Shown here: one piece after another, positions 39,450-46,044 of the stretch | How positions within the stretch are numbered: position 1 is the first letter of the stretch | How the letters are laid out: every line of letters starts with the position of its first letter | DNA from: Gonapodya sp. JEL0774 | Taxonomy: Eukaryota | Assembly: GCA_027604505.1 (NCBI GenBank) | Contig: JADIIX010000075.1 | Location: 62,001-108,044, forward strand | Direction: 5' to 3' | Length of the DNA: 46,044 nt | Translations under genes and position numbers: made by a program | The notes under the pieces: generated by a model | Databases searched by the model: none | What the model saw: only the letters and a program-made list of their open reading frames with translations | What the model was told of the DNA's origin: nothing

Positions 39450-42400
39450 TACAGACCCAGCGCTCTGACCCCTTCTGGGCTGTATCCCACTTGCATTCCC
39501 CCATCCCCCACAACTACCTGGCGTTCTCCCACTTGCACTACCTCTGCTCATCCCACAACCATGCCAGTTTGCCCCCGTGTTGGTACAAGGCGTTGACGCT
39601 TTGGTTCAGGTTCTAGTCAAATAAAGACACTAATAAGAGACCATGCAGCAAGAATGTGTACTCACCAGAGTCTGACTCCTGTGCATGTTGACGGGGAGCT
39701 CTCCTGGCTGGAGGTGCATGACGTCCAGCAGGGTGCGCAGTTGATTTACGCTTCAGAGCGTCTTCATCCAAATAGACAATGTTAAAGTAAAATATGGACT
39801 TACCATTTTATTCTCTCTTGTCTCACTGTCCCCCTTGTCCACATCCATACGGTCAGCCTGGTTACCTTCACCTTTGCTTTCATCCCCATTGGTTTGCGTT
39901 TCTTCATCAGTGTGACTACCTGCAAAACACAGCAGTTGAGTAGACCACAAAGTACAAGTAACAAGAGTCTTGATGCATACCTTTGGATCCCTCTTCAACT
40001 CCTTCAACCTCTGTCTTGTTTTCAATGTAGGGATTGCGTTCTGTGAAGCAAAACACAGGTGGGAGCACAATGTTGCAGTGGCCAATATGCAAATGGGTAC
40101 TTATGTTGCGCACAGCAGCCATGACAAGAACCACGCTGGACTTGTTCTGTGGAAAGAGTATTTGTTAGCATTAAAGTGCAACACATGATAATAAAAGGAT
40201 GACTTACGAGCTGGCAGGACATCAATAAGTGTATTCGGAGCTGTGGGCAGGGATGGGACATCAGCAACTTTCTTGGCCGAGAGGTTGCTGCGCTTGGCCA
40301 GTGCCTAGGCAATTGGGGTGTACCATAGGAAATCGTTTTCCTGGATCAATCTGGTTGTGGGTTCAGGAAATCAAACACCAGAGATGTAAAGCAAATACTG
40401 TCACTCACTTTTCCAGTGTCTTCCCTGCGTTGTCCCGTAACAGACCGTCAATTGCAAGGAAATGCTTCTCTATGTTCGTGTGAAATTTGATGTTGAGAAC
40501 CCAAGTACTGCACATGCACCACAGAATGGCTCACTCTGTATCAGCGCTTCCTGTCCCAACACTTGGCAATAGAACTCCATTACCCAGATTACTTACTAGG
40601 GTGATAAGATCCCTTCAAAGTGCACATGGAGCTTGCCGTGTGAAATACGGTTTTTCTCGCCCTTCTTGGACTGGGACAGGACCATGTATTTCTGTCAAAA
40701 AATAATGAATACTAAGTGAGAATAGCAAATCTAGTGCTAATCAACACTAGATGACTCACCACAATATTGAGATCAGGAACTGTGCATGGCGCAAACAGAT
40801 TCAAGTTTGCCCATGAGCGTCGCCAAGACAACCCCTTTGACCAGTTGAGTGGTGCTGTTGATGTTGATGTGACCACGTAGTGGGTGACATTGTTGTTGGT
40901 GGCGTCAAACAGGGTGTTGTGGTCAGGAAGGTTGCTTTTGAGGTGGGGACAGACTGGAGAGCAAAGCACACAGTGGCAGAGGTGGGTGCACCAGCTGTCA
41001 GATAGTTGGACGTCATAGCGGCAAACTCAGACATGTCAATTTGCTGATGAACATGTATCAGTAACGTGTGATAGTACAAAAGAACAGACCACCTGCCTCA
41101 ATGAGTACCCCACCTTGCTTCAGGCCCTTGTTAAGCACAGTGAGTCAGAGTCCATGCAGTTTCGCTTGTAATCTTGGGACCAAAGACTTTAGGAACGTTA
41201 GGGGGTCAATAATATATTGAAGCAACCTACACGCAACACTCACCAGTCTGGATTTGTCTGAATCTTCAGGGTTAGGGAAAACGATTGTGAGAACCAAATG
41301 ATTCGCACCTTGTTCAGTTGCAAATGCCGTAAGCACTGCCTCTAGTTGATCAGGTTCCACAAGATGGGTGGTGGGGAGGGCAGGAGGGTTTATGAGCTTT
41401 CGACTCTCACACTGTTTCTAAATAACACATGTTAGCAAACATACTGAGGAATTAAAACCCATTCATTTACCTTCTGCCTTGGGGTAGCATCAGTCTCTTC
41501 CTTCGAGGATTTCAAAGCACCTTTAGGGTTGTCGTCTTTCTCGAGTTCAACAGTGAGATCCGACTATCAGTTTGGCAAATGCATGTAAGCAATATTCAAA
41601 TTGACAGCAACCAGTCACTCACATCTTCAGGGTTAAGATCCGTGGGGGGCAAATTGGCAGACGCTGAGGATTTGACTTGTGCTTTGTGACGTGGTTTCGG
41701 TGAAGGGAATCCATCGCGCGTAGGGATGGTTCTCCAACTGGATGGTGGTTTGTGACACATTGTGCCCTAACCCCGAAATGCTAGAAGACGTACCTTTTTC
41801 CTTTCCCTTACCACTTGTGGCACCTTGGGGGGTACGTTCAAGCAACCTGGCAAACTGAGCAATAACTTCGGCGGGTGTGGTATGTTCAGGGAACGTGCCT
41901 CTCCGGATAGAAATCATTTAATGAAGAGAGAGGGAGTTACAACACACTCTGCAATTATCAATTTGGTGGCCTGTTCCTTCTTTTTGTCCGTCCATCCCTG
42001 AATGCAGTTCCAGTCATTCAGCTGTTGATCCATGGAAGATACACCTCGCCCCATAACTTCGCCAATTCCTTAACCTCCATTTGCATTGCAGATTTTGGAA
42101 ACTCAGGGAGCCATTGTATAAACGTTTCCTGTGGATATTGTGATTGATTCAGGGTTAATCAAAATTTTGTCTCAGCAACACATATAGTACAAATTTCTGT
42201 GAACTTACCGTAAGGTCTGGATTCCTGTCCACTATCTGCCCATTCACAGTATCTTCTGCGTAGATAACACCCATTGGGAAACGGAATTGAGGGCGGTTGT
42301 TTACAGAGACCACCCAATGTACATACTTGAACTGTGGGTCATGTAAAAACAGGTGTACATACAAACTATTGATGAAGCACTCACGTTTGGCATGACATGG

Positions 42401-43135
42401 TAGTATCTCGCAACAGCCAGCCAGCTGTTGACTTGTGTGATGATAGTCTTGCCAGCCCCTTCTAAGTTTTTGACAATGTTGGAGTTGGTGTGCAGCCTGC
42501 TGTTGCTGTTGGTGAAGGTGATTGCCTGGCGCATGGGGACGTAGGTGTTGTACAGGGTCACAGGTACATCTGTTGGAGATGGCAGTGAGCGAAGGAAGCT
42601 ATGGGTGCAATGGTTAGGTACTAACATGTCTCGTTGGAGTAGTTCATCATGGACTGATATGCCAGCAAATCCTGTCGGGCTTGTCAGCCAACAGTATGAG
42701 CATCATGCCTTCAGTTAATATACTACATGGAATTGCAAACGTTAACGAAGCCTTACACTTAGAACAATTGCATTGACAGCCATTGTCCCATCCAGACGAC
42801 CTGGAAGAGACTCCAGCTCATTGATGCAGATGAGCACAATAAGACAGTGATTTCCATCAACAATGCCTTAGAGTCCAGCTCCCAGCTTGATGAGGATTAC
42901 AATGCTTGTTGGGAGCCAGCCAAGCTTGGCAATGGCGGTCCCGGAGTACGCTAGTCGTCAGTAAGATAGAAATAAATAGGTTATCAACTGCTTACATGAG
43001 TTCCTTGATGCCTGTCTCATAGTGTTCCCAAACTTGCTCAAACCTCCCATGGTCCTGCTGGATATATTTGATGGGAACTTGGCGATTGCCAGGGAGGTGG
43101 CAACAAGCAATGAGTTGCTGGATATTGCCTTCCAT
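39450..43135 (-). pseudogene. Decayed multi-exon gene: N-terminal ParB/Srx-like domain plus HTH-like segment, possible degenerate methyltransferase-like fold, acidic/Gly-Arg-rich tail
   Basis: RQVPIKYIQ..EQVWEHYETGIKEL / TAIAKLGWLPTSIVILIKLGAGL*GIVDGNHCL...VNAIVL fits the ParB N-domain pattern; multiple GTAAG/GTGAG..YAG introns; in-frame stops and frameshifts. Confidence 0.7.
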
Positions 43136-43194
43136 TGAAGCGATGATTGCAATCAAAGCAAGTTCCTTGTATTTAAAAGAGGTGTGATTGGGCC

Positions 43195-43898
43195 CACTCC
43201 GGACCAGAGTGTGCCTGTTTTCACCTTCCGAGATCATCCCCAAAACCAACTGGTACACCCATTCCAGCCTGTCTAAAATGCTCCCGCTCCGTTGCAGATC
43301 AGCCCCATTTTCAGAGAGTACACTGAAGAACCTCTGAGTGAGTTTTTTGTTCGTGTATGTGGGACCAAAAAAGTGGTCCGCTGCAGACTGGAGCAAGCCT
43401 GTTTTCACCTTCTGAGATCATAACCCAAACCAAAGTCAACCACGATTCTCAAACACCTCCTGCTCTGCTGCAGAGCAGCCCCATTTTCAGAGAGTATACT
43501 GATGTACTTCTGAGTGCTGTTGTTCATGAATATTGGACCAAAAAAGTGGTCTGCTGCAGACTGGAGCAAGCCTGTTTTCAGCTTCTGAGATTGTCCCCCA
43601 AACCAGCCTCCACCACCACTCCGTTGCGGAGCAACCCCATTTTCAGAGAGTGTACTGATGTACTTCTGAGTGAGTTTTTTGTTCACGTATGTGGGACCAA
43701 AACAGTGGGCTGCTCCAGACTGGAGCGAGCCTGTTTTCACCTTCCAAGATCATCCCCCAACCCAACTGATACATCCACTCTAAAACAGCACTTGCTCTGT
43801 CATAGAGCAACCCCAATTATACAGAAAATCTCGTGAAGTTCAGTGTCAGATTTCTGCGATAAGTGGACCAAAAAAGAGGGCTGCTCCATAATGGAGCA
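43195..43898. repeat. Imperfect tandem array of 159-184 bp units carrying nine 17-bp palindromes
   Basis: Recurring CCCCATTTTCAGAGAGT, GGACCAAAAAAGTGG and GCCTGTTTTCA blocks; palindromes at 43195, 43285, 43379, 43461, 43552, 43617, 43711, 43793, 43882. Confidence 0.9.
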
Positions 43899-44229
43899 GC
43901 ATATCCGAACTAAGCAGCTGCCCCATATTACAGGTGCAAACAGATCCAGCCACTCTGCCAGCAGCCTTACCAGCTGGAATCATTATGCCTGAGCTCATCA
44001 GGGCCATGAACCATCTATATGATTCAGGATGAGTCGGACATCTATCGATGAAGAGGTTCTGTGTGTTTGCCTGAACATGGATACTCCAACACTTCTATTT
44101 GGTGTGGCATCCTTGCGACTGATCCATTTTGTTGAGGCACCTACGCCATGAAGAGCAGTGGGATCCACACTGTTATTGGCGAGCCTACCACAGCGTCTTT
44201 TAGACCAGCACCTCCTCCTCCCACAATGA

Positions 44230-45285
44230 GTACTACAGACTGAGGGCATACTTCATCAAACACTCCAAAATCGCTACGTATCTTTGGAACAAGCAGTTTC
44301 CAGGCTTTATTGCAACAGTTCGTATGTTATCCGAAAGGAAGAACTTCAAACGCAAGGTAATTGACTTTTCTCAGTGGTTTTACATTCGTGTTACTAACTT
44401 TGCAGATTTCCTCCAGTGTTCAAAGTACCATATTCTTGACAATAGGCTAGTCTACAGCTACAAAAAGTGAAGGGGCTTACTTGTGCTCCGCTCATTGGAT
44501 GAAGTGAGTGTGTACATTCAACGTTTGCATGTTTCAACATGATGAATAAACAAACCAACCTTCCTTTGCAGTTTCGCAAACTCTACAGCCATAACCACCT
44601 GTCCTCTGACCAAGGCACTTGCCTGGGAGAAGTGCTCCTCAAGTTTCTACGTCAGCGCACAGTATCCCATCTTCCATTCTCTCATCTTTTGATGCCCACA
44701 GTGCATCCATCTTGTGCTGCACCAAATCCAGTACCCCTCCTTCCGATCATTACTACACATCCTAAAGATATTTATGTCTGCAACTTCACCAAGCTCAGCA
44801 GCCACAACATGCTCCTTGCCGTTGATCACTTCAGCAAGAAGTTTTGGGGTTCCCTTTGTTGTCAACAAACTACAGACAATGTGGACCTGTGCATCAGGAA
44901 TTTGTACACTGATGATGGGCCTCCTGAAAGGTAGGTCTTCTCTTTCTTTCATTGCTGCTGTTCTAATAGTCTCTGTGTAAATTTCTAAGTGACAACAGCA
45001 AGGAGTTCTGAGCTAAAAACGTCTTGAAAACACACAAGGAGTTTGGTGTTGAGGGTATCCATGGCCAGCCCTACCACCCCCAAAAATCAAGGATCCATTG
45101 AGAGGGCTCACCAAACAGTGAAACCAAGGCTATGGCCCAAAATGTGCACCAAAAGCCTGGACCCCAACCACTGCTCTCTCGAGGATGTGGAGGACATTTT
45201 GCAGGCTGTCACCTCAACTTACAACCATGAACGCCACTCAAACAACCAAATGCATGCCCAACAAGCTATTCTACAGCAAAACTAC
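44230..45285 (+). mobile_element. Degenerate intron-containing DDE integrase/transposase, Ginger-like
   Basis: IATYLWNKQFP..ERKNFKRK, CPQC, LLAVDHFSKKFW, SDNSKEF, HGQPYHPQ/QGSIERAHQTVK, YNHERHS(TT); intron donors at 44357, 44504, 44931; frameshifts and TGA stops; no RT nearby. Confidence 0.75.
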
Positions 45286-45921
45286 CGCCAGTTTCAATGT
45301 GCCAATCTCGGCATTGCGGAGAGCGTTGGCAATGTCGGCAACAGTTGCAGGGGTGGGATCGGAGGAAAGTGTGAAACAATCGTAGATGTATGCAGATCTG
45401 TGCTTTGCACCCTCCAAAAAAATCCTTTGCTTGTCTGACGGTGATAGAGTTCCGCCGGTTGCTTTGTACTCGTTCTTGAGTTTGCTGAATGTTGCGAGAT
45501 AGTCCGTCACGGTCCCATCCATCCGCACATCCTCGAGCGCCCGCCTCTTAATAAACTCCTCTGCTTTGCGATTTCCATGGTATGTCACGCGCAGGCGCTC
45601 CCACAGCTCTGCTGACGTGTTGCAGTCCACGATCGCTAAGAAAAGATATTCATCAATGATAGATGTGAGGGCTGCTTTCAATCCCCGATCAGCATCATCC
45701 CATTCTTCCTGTTTCGCCTCTATTTCCGCCTTAGTTTCTCTACTCGCTGATGTTGGTGGGTCCTCAGGACGTTCGGTCACCCCAGTAACCATGTTCCACG
45801 CCCCCGAAATCGCCTGCATCTGGACTCTCCCATTCCCCATCCATACCAGGTAGTTGTCCATTCCATTGAGCTTTTTTGTCACTCTTTTAGCTAAGGCGTC
45901 GTACTTTCGTGTGTCGCTCAT
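45271..45921 (-). mobile_element. Ty1/Copia gag (UBN2-type), truncated at its 3' end
   Basis: KLNGMDNYLVW..W..VTG...EEWDDAD..LKAALTSII..CNTSAELWERLRVTY; downstream of a Copia-type PBS; no zinc knuckle or pol follows. Confidence 0.88.
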
Positions 45922-46019
45922 GGTTGGTTTGACGTGGCGTGAAAGGGGGACCCCGATTCAGTGTCCAATTCCGTCAAAAATCTCCACCAGTGTTGCTTGG
46001 CTTCCACGTTCAGAACTCC

Positions 46020-46031
46020 GGGCTCATAACC
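46020..46031 (-). promoter_or_regulatory. Copia-type primer-binding site GGTTATGAGCCC; 5' LTR runs off the window end
   Basis: Matches the internal initiator-tRNA-Met-type PBS known from copia-like elements, ~100 bp upstream of the gag ATG. Confidence 0.8.
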
Positions 46032-46044
46032 TAATGAGCTTTCG

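Noticed and set aside
43490..43670. Hammerhead ribozyme/retrozyme in the repeat units
   Set aside because: The sequence is CTGATGT, not the CTGANGA core, and I could not build the required stems.
43290..43740. Ankyrin repeats (LSENGAD/LSENGAA in minus-strand ORFs)
   Set aside because: No TPLH motif, period is 52 aa or more rather than 33, and the frame is not preserved between units.
43195..43898. CRISPR array
   Set aside because: The sequences between palindromes are themselves repeated rather than unique spacers, there are no cas genes, and the context is eukaryotic.
1..46044. tRNA or rRNA genes, and the many short antisense ORFs in the track
   Set aside because: No cloverleaf or rRNA signature recognised by eye; the antisense ORFs shadow real exons.

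Overview
Eukaryotic, intron-rich fungal DNA (a Zn2Cys6 transcription factor gene, many short GT-AG introns; plausibly an early-diverging fungus, which is inference only). About 1-34.3 kb is gene-dense: a hypothetical gene, a class I cyclic-nucleotide phosphodiesterase, a small cluster (hot-dog thioesterase, two Baeyer-Villiger-type flavin monooxygenases, Zn2Cys6 regulator), a C12orf4/FERRY3 homologue with a UBA domain, an SLC10A7-like transporter, a TDA10-like kinase and a large hypothetical gene. The cluster was reshaped by a ~4 kb direct duplication with reciprocal pseudogenisation and a solo-LTR insertion. From ~34.4 kb to the end the DNA is CpG-depleted, decayed mobile sequence: a Gypsy integrase plus LTR, unclassified ORF remnants, a Ginger-like integrase with introns and a truncated Copia gag. 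The most striking item is an intron-containing ParB-HTH gene, possibly fused to a degenerate DNA-methyltransferase fold. Just upstream of it lie nine regularly spaced 17-bp palindromes (consensus CGCTCCG-N3-CGGAGCG), followed by the divergently oriented Ginger-like integrase: a candidate ParB/parS-like module in a eukaryotic transposon. Gene models were read by eye and exon boundaries are approximate unless stated.
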